Shown piece by piece: positions 1 through 15,621 of a DNA stretch of 64,000 nt. Under the pieces are notes generated by a model, which saw nothing but the letters and a program-made list of their open reading frames with translations, was not told the origin of the DNA and searched no databases. The DNA is from the human T2T-CHM13v2.0 reference genome, Homo sapiens. The first letter of the stretch is position 1, and every line of letters starts with the position of its first letter. The stretch lies in NCBI RefSeq assembly GCF_009914755.1, contig NC_060925.1. One strand, 5' to 3'. Made by a program: the position numbers and the translations under genes.

Positions 1-2230
<2,230 letters not shown>

Positions 2231-2244
2231 TTTTTTTAAAAATT

Positions 2245-2420
2245 GGCCAAGGATGGTGGTGTGTGCCTGTGGTCCCAGCTACTTAGGAGGCTGAGGCAGG
2301 AGGATGACTTGAGCCCAGGAGATCAACGCTGCAGTGAGCCATGTTTGCACCACTGCACTCCAGCCTGGGCAACAGAACACATTTCTGTCTCATAAATAAA
2401 TAAGTAAATAAATAAATAAA
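2245..2420 (+). mobile_element. Alu right monomer (FRAM/AluJ)
   Basis: cccagctacttaggaggctgaggcaggagg...cactgcactccagcctggg followed by a (TAAA)n tail. Confidence 0.85.
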
Positions 2421-2695
2421 TCTAAGTATCTTTGGTTAAATTCCACTTTGGGTAGGGCTAAGAGAGGAGATGTGAACTCTGAGAGCCCAAATATTATGTC
2501 TTTCAAGTCTATTTTTTTGGTAAGTCAATTTTTGACTACCCTTTCTTTACTTATTGTGCCCTGTGAACTCTTCCATGTCCATACCCATTCATTGTCTATA
2601 ATCTTGGCACTTTCTTATTCATTAATTCAACAAATATTTATTCCCTATCACCTTTATTTATGCATTTCTATAGATGCTAGAGATAGGGTAAATAA

Positions 2696-2735
2696 AAGTA
2701 TGGCAAAACCAGCAATTACTTTTGCACCAACCTAA
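2696..2735 (+). mobile_element. Half MADE1 (mariner MITE)
   Basis: tggcaaaaccagcaattacttttgcaccaacctaa followed by TA matches one MADE1 end. Confidence 0.7.
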
Positions 2736-3089
2736 TATGATTTTTTAAGAAATTTATAATTTCATTAGAGAAATAGATGTATAAACAAAGAAATTATAAT
2801 ACAAACATTGTGATAAGTGCAGGAAGTAGAAAATAGTGATTATTGCTTTCTTCAAACATAAAGTATTGTTAGTCAGGAGTCCTTCAGTTGTAAGTGCCAG
2901 AAACCCAATTTCAAACAGCAAAAGCAGAAAATGGAATCTATTGGCTCACATCCCTACAAATTCCAGGAATAGAACTGTGCTAAGGGACTCAAATAATGTT
3001 GTTGGGTCTTCATAGCTTATTCTGGTTTATTTCTTGCTTTTGGGGCCTTGCTTTTTTCTTCTGAAGATGGACTCTGAAGTGAATTCTAC

Positions 3090-3330
3090 AGCACACTACC
3101 CAGATGCCTTATTTAGAATCGAAGCATTGGTTTCCTTCAGGTTTTGGGAGTGTTGGCTGCTGATGGCTCATAGTTGAGTCTCTTTCTGAGACAAAGGGAG
3201 GTGTCTCACTCAAGTTTATCCCTCCTCCCTGAGAATAGCTTGAATCCAAAGACTGATCAATGAGGGATACAAAGGGCTGGCCTCTTGCCTTGATTCAGGA
3301 CGTACCTAAAAGGCCATCCAGCTTTAGAGT
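3090..3330. mobile_element. ERVL LTR16-like fragment
   Basis: gggagtgttggctgctgatggctcatagttgagtc resembles the LTR16 consensus. Confidence 0.55.
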
Positions 3331-3956
3331 TACCCATGGGAACAGTTCAGGAATCTGAGGAACTTAACATCTGACTCTTGGAAGAACGGTTCTGTGGAGA
3401 AGAGGGTTGAGTTTATTTTTTTTATTCTGGAGATATAGGGATGAAATGGAGAGAAGTAAAGAAGAGAAAATATGAAGGGAAACCAAACAACTGTTTGAAC
3501 TGGTGAAAGACTAGGCACCTTGCCCTGTGACTCCTCTCTAGAACCCTGCAGACTTTTATCAAGTATTTGGCTACAAGCAAGTTTTTTGTGAAACCAGTGG
3601 AAGAGTCTGTTCTTCCTCTCTCAACTGGCCTAGGATGGGATGGAACTGTAGAGCACAGGCATATTTAGGAGTTTAGAGACATAATTCTGAGGAAATAAGT
3701 TCTAGAACTTTGCAGAAGCAGTAGGTAGGGCTATGAACTCTATACATTGTAAGGTTTGACAGGCAAACATCTGGATGTATCTGTCACAGCAACTAATGTC
3801 TTAGAGAATAAGGTATAGCTTCACCAAACATTTGAGGAACTAGTAGTAAAAGTAATCAATGCTAATAAATGACAGTATAATAAAATGAAGGCAAAGTGCC
3901 ACAGGAACAGAAAGGTCTTGAACAGCTAACCGATATATTAAAGAACAAATAGACTT

Positions 3957-4100
3957 GCCCGGCATGGTGCTATGTATCTGTAGTCCAAGCTACTTGGGAG
4001 GCTGAAGCAGGAAGATCACTTTGAACCCAGGAGTTCAAATGCAGCCTGGGCAACATAGAGAGATCCTATCTCTAAAATAAAAAAAGAAAGAAAGAAAAGA
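3957..4100 (+). mobile_element. FLAM Alu monomer
   Basis: Single Alu monomer with A-rich tail. Confidence 0.8.
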
Positions 4101-4313
4101 TAAATTTGTATAAGTCCATTACTTGGCTTTATTATAATACAGAGAAAAACTGAGGGAAGGATTAGACAGGTCTAAAGCTATTAAAAAGAAATATAGCAAG
4201 AAAAACTGGAAGTCCATTGTCTGTGAAAAATTAAAAAAATAAATTATGTTCATTCATCTAGCACGGTGAATAAAAATAATTGACATTCTAAGGCTCCAAT
4301 TAAAACATTTCCA

Positions 4314-4620
4314 GGCCGGGCCTGGTGGCCCACACCTATAATCCCAGCACTTTGGAAGGCCGAGGCAGGCGCATGAGTCAGGAGTTTGAGACCAGCCTGG
4401 GCAATACGGTGAAACCCCGTCTCTACAAAAAATTTAAAAAATTAGCCGGGCATGGGGGCACACACCTGTAATTTCAGCTACTCAGGAGGCTGAGGCAGGA
4501 GGATTGCTTGAACCCCGAGGCAGAGGTTTCAGTGAGCTGAGATTGCACCACTGCACTCCAGCCTAGGTGACAGAGTGAGACCTTGTCTCAAAATAAAACG
4601 AAACAAAACAAAATCCAAAA
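4314..4620 (+). mobile_element. AluJ
   Basis: Dimeric Alu with J-type right arm (ggaggattgcttga). Confidence 0.88.
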
Positions 4621-5169
4621 GTGTTTCCTCATGTTTTATTAATTAAAAACAAACAAAACCATAGCTGAGGAGGTTTCTCAGCTCAGAGGTTGACTGAGGA
4701 GGTTTCTCTGCAAGTGTGTTTACAACTGTGAATGGTAAATCCCACCAGAAGAAAGGCAAATAAATTAGATCGCTCCTGGAAAGCACTCTGCCTCATTCTT
4801 CAGCGGTTTTTGATGATGTGACTTAATATATAAAAAAGCACAGAGCTGAACTCAAAATGAAATAGCAGATTAAGAGAGCCATCTACTGGCAACTCATTGA
4901 AATCTGTTTAATTTGTTACGTTTCTATGCCCAATATTTTCTCATCACTAATTCTAGGGTCAACTTTCTAGACATATTTAATCTGCTCAACCTTCATGTTA
5001 TACTTTTTATGAAGGAGGATATCTTTAATATAAGCTACAATTTGTAACACAGATACCCAGGTTTAGGAATTATTCTTTGAAATTTAGCCAACTTGTCTAT
5101 TACGCTAAGAATGATGATGACAGTACATGTGATGTTTAGTAAAGTGACCAAAATAAAAGCAGACGACAT

Positions 5170-5325
5170 ATGTCCAGCACTGATCCATGTACTTTACTTG
5201 TATTGATTCTTATAATCTTCACAAGAACCTTATAAAGGAGGTACTATTATTATTTTCATTTTGCAGATAAGGAAACTGAGTACGGAGAAGTTAGATATCT
5301 TGCTCAAAGTCCAACAGCTAATAAG
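5170..5325 (-). mobile_element. MIR
   Basis: Core cattttgcagataaggaaactgag. Confidence 0.75.
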
Positions 5326-5329
5326 ATTT

Positions 5330-6290
5330 TCCCTTCAGATCAGACACAAGACATAGATATTGTTCTTGTCACTTCTATTCAACATTGTTCTAGAGGTTCT
5401 AATCAGGGCAATTAGTTAAGAAAAAGAAATAAAACACATCCAAATTGGAAAGGAGAAAAGCAAAACTATCTGTTTATGGATGACATCACATATACAGAAA
5501 GTAAATCCTAGGTAATCCACAAAAAAGTTTAAGAGTTAATAAATAAGTGTACTCAAGGTGGTATGGTACAAGATCAATATGCAACAATCAGTTATTTTTC
5601 CTATTCACTAGGAACAAGTAATCTGAAAATGAAATTAAGAAAACAACTTCATCTACAATAGCATCAAAAAGAATAAAATACTTAGGAATAAATTTAACAC
5701 AAGAAATGCAAGATTTCTACACAAAACATACAAAAATCATTGAAAGAAATTAGAGGTTTAAATAAATAGAAAGGCATCTGTGTTCATGGATTGGAAGACT
5801 TGATATTGTTAAGATGTCAATACTCTTGAAATTGAGCTACAGATTCAGCGTAATTCCTATGAAAATTCTGGCTGGCTTTTTTTTTTTTTTTACAGAAATT
5901 GACAAGATTATTCTAAACTCCATAAGGAAATGCAAGAGACCCAGAAGAGCCAAACAGTGTTGAAAAAGAAGAAAGTTGGAGAACTCACATTTTCCAATTT
6001 CAAAACCTACCGCAAAGTTATAGTAGTCAAGACAGTATTGTGCTGGCATAAGGATAGACATATATATCAACAGAATAGAATTGCAGGTTCAGAAATACAT
6101 CCATAACTTATGGGCAACTGATATTCAACAAACATGCCAATACAATTTAGTGGGGCAAAAATAATCTTTCCGACAAATGACACTAGGACAACTGAATATC
6201 CACTTGCACAAGAATGAACTCTTAACCTCATAGCATATACCATCGGAACTCAAAATGGATCATAGACCTAATTATAAGAGCTAAAACTAT
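5330..6290 (+). mobile_element. Old L1M ORF2 fragment
   Basis: Degenerate ORF2 colinear with the L1 at 1-1000 (aaatacttaggaataaatttaac, tgttcatggattggaagact). Confidence 0.85.
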
Positions 6291-6535
6291 ACTTTTTTAT
6301 CTTTCTACCTTGTCTAAATATACTTTTATAATAACAAATTGGGAAATATGGTTAAACTTATGGTTTTCTGTTATTGAATGTCATCAAATTGATGAATAAC
6401 AAATTGATTGAATATCAAAGTTGATTGAGCTTAATTAAGTATTATTGTGTATGTCTGTGTATCCTGTTGATAGACTGGCAATATTTGGGCAAGTAATAAA
6501 AGAAAGACATACATAATTTATAAATTATTGCATAC

Positions 6536-6958
6536 TATATTAGTTTGCTAGGGCTGCTATAACAAAGTACCACCAACTGAGTGGCTTAAACAACAGAAAT
6601 TTGTTATCTCACAATTTTAGAGACCGGAGGTCCACGATCAAAGCATTGACAAGGCCATGCTCCCTCTGAAGGAGCTAGAAAAGATCTGTCTCATGCTCCT
6701 ACTGGAAAGTATAATTCCAATCGTCACCTAGAGTTATCCCTTCATGTTTGTCTCTGTGTTCAAATTTCCCGTTTTAATAAGGACACCAGTCATATAGGAT
6801 TCACAGTTCACCCTACTCTGGTATTATCTCACTTTACCTTAACTAATCATATCTGCAATGATTCTATTTCCAAATAAGGTCATATTCTGAGTTACTGGGG
6901 TTTAGGATTTCAACCTGTAAATTTTAGGAGCAGGGGACACAATTCAACTCATCACACA
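6536..6958 (-). mobile_element. MaLR LTR (MLT1B/C-like)
   Basis: attagtttgctagggctgctataacaaagtaccac...ggggacacaattcaac. Confidence 0.8.
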
Positions 6959-7464
6959 TGCTTATTCCATGAGATTAGTTTTCTTCCCTTAATTTCAACA
7001 AAATAACTAAATGTGTTTTTATAATCAATATTTTTACATAAATTGTATTTTATTGTAAAATGGCCTGAGGAATTAAAAAATAAAAAAGTATAAGGTCATA
7101 AAATTTGCATAAATTTTATAAAAATATAAGTTAAAATAAATGTAAAATTTAACAATTATTTTTATATTTTAAAAAGTTATTTTTCTTCTGAAATTGTTAA
7201 TTTCATTTATTAAAATTCAAAGCAAAAATTTTATTAACAAAATAAAAATTATTCAAGTAAAATAAAAATTTAATATTTTGAAAATATTTAATAGTATTTA
7301 ATTTTAATTTTATTTAACTTGTTAAATATTTTTATAAAGATAAAACTATTTGCACTGTTAATGTGCAATGCTTGTCATGTTGCCAATGTAAAGAATTGTT
7401 AAACTACATCATGAATTATTATGTTTAGATCTACGTATATGTATATATGTACATTGAGGAGTAA

Positions 7465-8290
<826 letters not shown>

Positions 8291-9474
8291 AGTAACAATA
8301 CGTAACTCTTGTGAATACCATGCTGCTTCATGAGTACTTAGGAACCACAAACTGGAATAGGAACAGAAGCAAGAAAGTGGATGCTTTGCTCTAATGGAAA
8401 ATGATTCTTGGCTATGGAAGAATCTATTGCATTCATGCTAAAAGGAAGAATTTGACAAGTTAATTAATTACTCTTTTTTCTTACCTAAGCATTTTGCTAC
8501 TCAAGTCCTCTCCATACTCTGAAGCAGTATTTATCTTTTATATTGCCACCAGGAAAACCCACAGACTATTACAGCATTTGAACACAGTTGCCTTTGGTAG
8601 GGCAAGAGATTCAGAGAAGCATTTCTCTGAGTCCTGAACAATGTTACAATGTTAGTCCTGAGAATACATGTTTAAGATGAAGGGTTGCACTGAGCCAGTG
8701 CTGAACACCAGTTAGACAATGATGAAGGCACTCATGGTTTTTTTTTTGTTTGTTTTGTTTTGTTTTTGTGTGTGTGTGTGAAAGAGAGAGAGAGGGGTAT
8801 ATTATATATAAGACCCTCTAAAGCATGAGGATACAAAGTAGCAGTTCTTTTTGCTCACGGGTAGTGGCAGAACTGCTGTTTAAGCCACCTGTAACCCAGT
8901 AGGGACTAAATATTATTATACTTCTTGGCTTGTCTAACATGTCTCAATTTTTAGGTGATTTGAACTCAGATCAGTCTGACTCCAAAACTCACATTTTCTC
9001 TTTCTTGCCTTCTTTTACTTCCTTTCATTCTTTTGAAAGTTACTATTTTCTAATTACAAATATATACACACACAAATTATAAATGATTTGTGAAATGCAG
9101 AAAAGCAGTAAAAAAAAAGAATTATTCAAAGTTTCATAATCTAAATGCCAGCATTGTTGATATTTTGATCTGTATTTCTTGATATTCTTTCTTCTAAGTG
9201 TAATTTTTCATTTTTTGTTTAACAGAGGTGTGACTGTTTTGCAAGTATAATTTTTTATTCAGTTGTTTTCACTTACCATTACAACATAAGGCACATTTCC
9301 ATGTTATCATGAACTATTCATAAACATCATTTTTAACAATCCCATGCTCTTTTTTTCTACACTACACTGCTTTCCAGGGAAAGACAGTAAGTCAAATATT
9401 GCTCATAAACATTCCTTGTGTTAGTCTAAATTTCAACCTGGCCCAATTTCAGATTCCTCTGAATCTAAAAATAA

Positions 9475-9478
<4 letters not shown>

Positions 9479-9527
<49 letters not shown>
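9479..9527. repeat. (CT)n microsatellite
   Basis: About 24 perfect CT units. Confidence 0.97.
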
Positions 9528-9531
<4 letters not shown>

Positions 9532-9751
9532 TGGTAGAGGATGAGCTATTTTTGGTATTTGGAGACTCAGGAATTCAGTGGGCTTGGAAGAAGAGGGAAG
9601 GGTCAAACTGGGCCATTTGTTACTTTAACCCAAAGCCAGGTCTCAAACTTTGACTTGGAGCAAGGTTCAGAAGGAAGCTACTAACTTAATATTAACTCTT
9701 GATATCATAAAAACTCTACTTTTAAAATACAATTATAAAAAAACCTAGCTT

Positions 9752-9956
9752 TATATATATTTTTATATATTTTGTTTGTGTGTATATATATAGTGTATAT
9801 ATATATTGTGTATATATATAGTGTATATATACTATATATATTATATATACTATATATTATATATAGTATATATATTATATATTATATATAGTATATATAA
9901 TATATAGTATATATATTATATATATAGTGTATATATAATATATATATATATATATA

Positions 9957-9957
<1 letters not shown>
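9752..9957. repeat. Interrupted (TA)n tract at an Alu tail
   Basis: About 200 bp of TA repeats with sparse interruptions. Confidence 0.95.
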
Positions 9958-11058
<1,101 letters not shown>

Positions 11059-11247
11059 CCACTGTAGTTTTTAAAATGTTATCTTTGTGGCATGGCCAGT
11101 CAAAAACTCAATTAACTAGAGTTCTATGTGAACGCCACATTGGCTTGCCTTTCAAGAGCTTGAAATTTACTGAGAGAGGTAAGCATGTACATAATGAATG
11201 AAAAAACAAGGAAGAATGTGAACAGCACTTAATAAACACACAAAATT

Positions 11248-11416
11248 GGCCAGGTGTGGTGGCCAATGCCTGTAATCCCAGCACTTTGGGAGGCTGAGGA
11301 GGGCAAATCACTTGAGGTCAGAAGTCTGAGACCGGCCTGGCCAACATGGCAAAACCCCAACTCTACTAAAAATACAAAAATTAGCCGGGCGTGCTGGTGG
11401 GCGCCTGTAATCCCAG
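11248..11416 (+). mobile_element. 5' part of an AluS split by the HERV9 provirus (3' part at 20821-20968)
   Basis: Ends ...gcctgtaatcccag and resumes after the provirus as gcagctacttgggaggctga. Confidence 0.95.
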
Positions 11417-12983
11417 TGAGAGGTGACAATGTGCTAGCAGGCCTTGCTCACTCTCGGCGCCTCCTTGGCCTCGGCGTCCACTCTCGCCATGCTTGAGGAG
11501 CCCTTCAGCCCACCACTGCACTGTGGGAGTCCCTCTCTGGGCTGGCCAAGGCCAGAGCTGGGTCCCTTCGCTTATGGGGAGGTGTGGAGGGAGAGGCGTG
11601 GGCGGGAACCGAGGCTGCGCGCAGCACTGATGGGCCAGCACAAGTCCCGGGTGGGCGTGGACTCAGTGGGTCCCGCACTTGGAGTGGCCGGCCAGTGCTG
11701 CTGGCCCCGGGCAGTGAAGGGCTTAGCACCCGGGCCAGCAGCTGCAGAGGGTGCGCAGGGTCCCCCAGCACTGTCGGCCAGCCTGCACCATGCTTGAATT
11801 CTCGCCAGGCCTCAGCCGCCTCCCCGCTGGGCAGGGCTCGAGACCCACTGCCTGCCATGCCCAAGTGACCCCCCCACCCTGTGGTTCCTGCGCGGCCAGA
11901 AGCTCCCCAATGGGTGCCACCCCCTGCTCTGCGGTGCCTGATCCCATTGACCGCCCAAGGGCTGAGGACTGCTGGCGCACAGCATTGGACTGGTGGACAG
12001 CTCCACCCACGGCCCCGGCACGGGCTCCTCTAGGTGAAGCCAGCTGGCCTCCTGAGTTGGGTGGGGACTTGGAGAACTTTTATGTCTAGCTAAAGGATTG
12101 TAAATGCACCAATCAGCACCCTGTGTCTAGCTCAAGGTTTGTAAATGCACCAATCACTGCTCTGTGTCTAGCTAATCTAGTGGGGACTTGGAGAACTTTT
12201 ATGTCTAGCTGGAGGATTGTAAATGCACCAATCAGCACTTTGTGTCTAGCTCAAGGTTTGTAAATGCACCAATCAGCACTCTGTGTCTAGCTCAAGGTTT
12301 GTAAACGTACCAATCAGTGCTCTGTGTCTAGCTAATCTAGTGGGGACTTGGAGAAGTTTTGTGTCTAGCTAAAGGATTGTAAATGCACCAATCAGCACTC
12401 TGTGTCTAGCTCAAGGTTTGTAAGTGCACCAATAAGCACCCTGTCAAAATGGGCCAATCAGCTCTCTGTAAAATGGGCCAGTCAGCTCTCTGTAAAATGG
12501 ACCAATCAGCAGGATGTGGGTAGGTCAGATAAGGGAATAAAAGCAGGCTGCCCGAGTCAGCAGTGGCAACCTGCTCAGGTCCCCTTCCACGCCATGGAAG
12601 CTTTGTTCTTTTGCTCTTTGCAATAAATCTTGCTGCTGTTCACTCTTTGGGTCCACATGGCCTTTATGAGCTGTAACACTCACCATGAAGGTCTGCAGCT
12701 TCACTCCTGAAGCCAGTGAGATCATGGACCCCTGGGGAGGGACGAACAACTCCAGACGCGCCACCTTTAAGAGCTGTAACACTCACTGCGAAGGTCTGCA
12801 GCTTCACTCCTGAAGTCAGCGAGACCACAAACCCACCAGAAGGAAGAAACTCCAGACACATCTGAACATCTGAAGGAATGAACTCTGGACACACAATCTT
12901 TAAGAACTGTAACACTCACTGCGAGGGTCCATGGCTTCATTCTTGAAGTCAGCAAGACCAAGAACCCACTAATTCTGGACACA
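11417..12983 (+). mobile_element. 5' LTR (LTR12D/E-like), 1567 bp
   Basis: Starts tgagaggtgac, ends tctggacaca; GC-rich U3, tandem CCAAT repeats, GATA plus AATAAAA box, U5 repeats. Confidence 0.95.
12061..12545 (+). promoter_or_regulatory. ERV9 U3 enhancer/promoter (NF-Y CCAAT repeats, GATA, TATA-like AATAAAA)
   Basis: Seven ~41 bp units (tgtctagct...gtaaatgcaccaatcagc), 9 CCAAT boxes in total, agataagggaataaaag at about 12527-12543. Confidence 0.85.
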
Positions 12984-12986
12984 TTT

Positions 12987-13004
12987 TGGCAGCCCAGATG
13001 GGAC
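12987..13004 (+). other. Primer binding site, tRNA-Arg type
   Basis: TGGCAGCCCAGATGGGAC vs recalled tRNA-Arg(CCG) complement TGGCGACCCAGATGGGAC (2 mismatches). Confidence 0.8.
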
Positions 13005-14159
13005 TATCGCCTATCACCAAGCGGTGAGTACCATCAGACCTCTTTCACTTGCTATTCTGTCCTATTTTTCCTTAGAATTCGGGGGCTAAATACCGGGCAC
13101 CTGTCGGCCAGTTAAAAGCAACTAGCATGGCTGCCAGACTAAAGACACGGGTGTCAGGCTTTCTGGGAAAGGGCTCTCTAACAACCCCCGACTCTTCGGA
13201 GTGGGAGGGTTGGTTTGCTTGGAACCAGCTTCCGCTTTTCCCGTACTTCTGGGCTGAGCCGAGGGTTGACAGAGAGGAAAGCCATTCAGCTCCAGGGTCC
13301 CAACAACAAGTTTGTTGACCCTGCGGCCATGAGCGGAATTCTCAAAGGCATGTCGCCCAAGCGAGACTCACCCATCTATCCTATCTATCCTGACCCTTGC
13401 CCCCTGGGTCCTAATGCCTGCCAGACAAACTTCCTCTCACCTCTCTTCTCCGAGGCTAGTCCCACTTCTAAAAATCACTCCGTCTCTGGTGTTTTCTAGT
13501 TTCTCCTATAAGAATGACTGCTAGTATAAACTCCAAGACTCTGTTACCTTCTTTAGGCACCCTGGCTCACCAATCAGAAAGACATAATGTTTGCCCAAAG
13601 CCCCATTGTAGGGGGGACTATCTGGAATTTTAGGATCCCTCCTCAGACTAACAGACCTAACAAAAGCTATTCCTCAAGTGAGGATATGGGAAGCCTCAAA
13701 AATTGTATCCTTCCTATTCATATAAGTGAGGACAAAAGGTGTCACTCTTCCAACCCTGGAGATCCCTTCCCTCCCTCAGGGTATGGACCTCCACTTCATT
13801 TTTGGGGCATAACATCTTTATAGGACAGGGGTAAAGTCCCAGTACTAACAGGAGAATGCTTAGGACTCTAACAGGTTTTCAAGAATGCATTGGTAAGGGC
13901 CACTAAATCTGATTTTTCTCAGTCCTCCTTGTGGTCTAGGAGGACAGGCAAGGGTGCAGATTTTCAAGAATGCGTCGGTAAGAGCCACTAAATCCGACCT
14001 TCCTCGGTCCTCCTTGTGGTCTGGGGGAAAAACTAGTGTTTCTGCTGCTGCATCGGAGAGCGCAATTATTCTGATCAGCAGGGTCCAGGGACCGTTGCAG
14101 GTTCTTGGGCAGGGGGAGAAACAAAACAAACCAAAACTGTGGGCGGTTTTGTCTTTCAG

Positions 14160-15621
14160 ATGGGAAACACTCAGGCATCAACAGGCTCACCCTTGAAATG
14201 CATCCTCAGCCATTGGGACCAATTTGACCCACAAACCCTGAAAAAGAAGCGGCTCATTTTTTTCTGCACTACAGCTTGGCCCCAATATTCTCTCTCTGAT
14301 AGGGAAAAATGGCCACCTGAGGGAAGTACAAATTACAATACTATCCTGCAGCTTGACCTTTTCTGTAAGAGGGAAGGCAAATGGAGTGAAATACCTTATG
14401 TCCAAGCTTTCTTTTCATTGAAGGAGAATACACAACTATGCAAAGCTTGCAATTTACATCCCACAGGAGGACCTCTCAGCTTACCCCCATATACTAGACT
14501 CCCTATAGCTCCCCTTCCTATGAATGATAATACTCCTCTAATCTCCCCTGCCCAGAAGGAAATAAGCAAAGAAATCTCCAAAGGACCACAAACCCCCCCG
14601 GGCTATCGGTTATGTCCCCTTCAAGCTTGTAGGGGGAGGGGAATTTGGCCCAACCCGGGTACATGTCCCCTTCTCCCTCTCTGATTTAAAGCAGATCAAG
14701 GCAGACCTGGGGAAGTTTTCAGATGATCCTGGTAGGTACATAAATGTCCTACAGGGTCTAGGGCAAACCTTCAACCTCGCTTGGAGAGATGTCATGCTGC
14801 TGTTAGATCAAACCCTGGCCTTTAATGAAAACAATGCAGCTTTAGCTGCAGCCCAAGAGTTTGGAGATACTTGGTATCTTAGTCAAGTAAATGATAAAAT
14901 GACAGCCGAAGAAAGTGATAAATTCCCTACCAGTCAGCAAGCTGTCCTCAATATGGATCCCCACTGGGACCTTGAATGAGATCATGGGGACTGGAGTCAT
15001 AAACATCTGTTGACCTGTGTTCTAGAAGGACTAAGGAGAATTAGGAAAAAGCCCATGAATTATTCAATGATGTCCACCATAACTCAGGGAAAGGAAGAAA
15101 ATCCTTCTGCCTTCCTTGAGCAGCTACAGGAGGCCTTAAGAAAATATACTCCCCTGTCTCCCGAATCACTCGAGGGTCAACTGATTCTAAAAGATAAGTT
15201 TATTACCCAATCAGCCGCAGATATCAGGAGAAAGCTCCAAAAGCAAGCCCTGGGCCCTGAACAAAATCTGGAGGCATTATTAAACCTGGCAACCTCAGTG
15301 TTCTATAATAGGGACCAAGACGAACAAGCCCAGAAGGAAAAGTGAGATCAGAGAAAGGCTGCAGCCTTAGTCATGGCCCTCAGACAAACAAACCTTGGTG
15401 GTTCAGAGAGGACAGAAAATGAAGCAGGCCAATCACCCGGTAGGGCTTGTTATCAGTGTGGTTTATTAGGACACTTTAAAAAAGATTGTCCAATGAGAAA
15501 CAAGCTGCCCCCTCGTCCACGTCCACTATGCCGAGGCAATCACTGGAAGGTGCACTGCTCCAGAGGATGAAGGTTCTCTGGGTCAGAAGCCCCCAACCAG
15601 ATGATCCAACAACAGGATTGA
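14160..15621 (+). pseudogene. gag: HERV9 gag (disrupted)
   Basis: MGNTQAS N-terminus, MHR ITQGKEENPSAFLEQL, CCHC knuckle CYQCGLLGHFKKDC, QQQD-stop; frameshift near 14630 and internal TGA stops. Confidence 0.93.

Noticed and set aside
2696-2737. MADE1 as a possible miR-548-type hairpin
   Set aside because: Only one terminal repeat is present, so no hairpin can form.
12061-12510. Regularly spaced repeats resembling a CRISPR array
   Set aside because: These are tandem ERV9 enhancer units with no unique spacers, in primate DNA.
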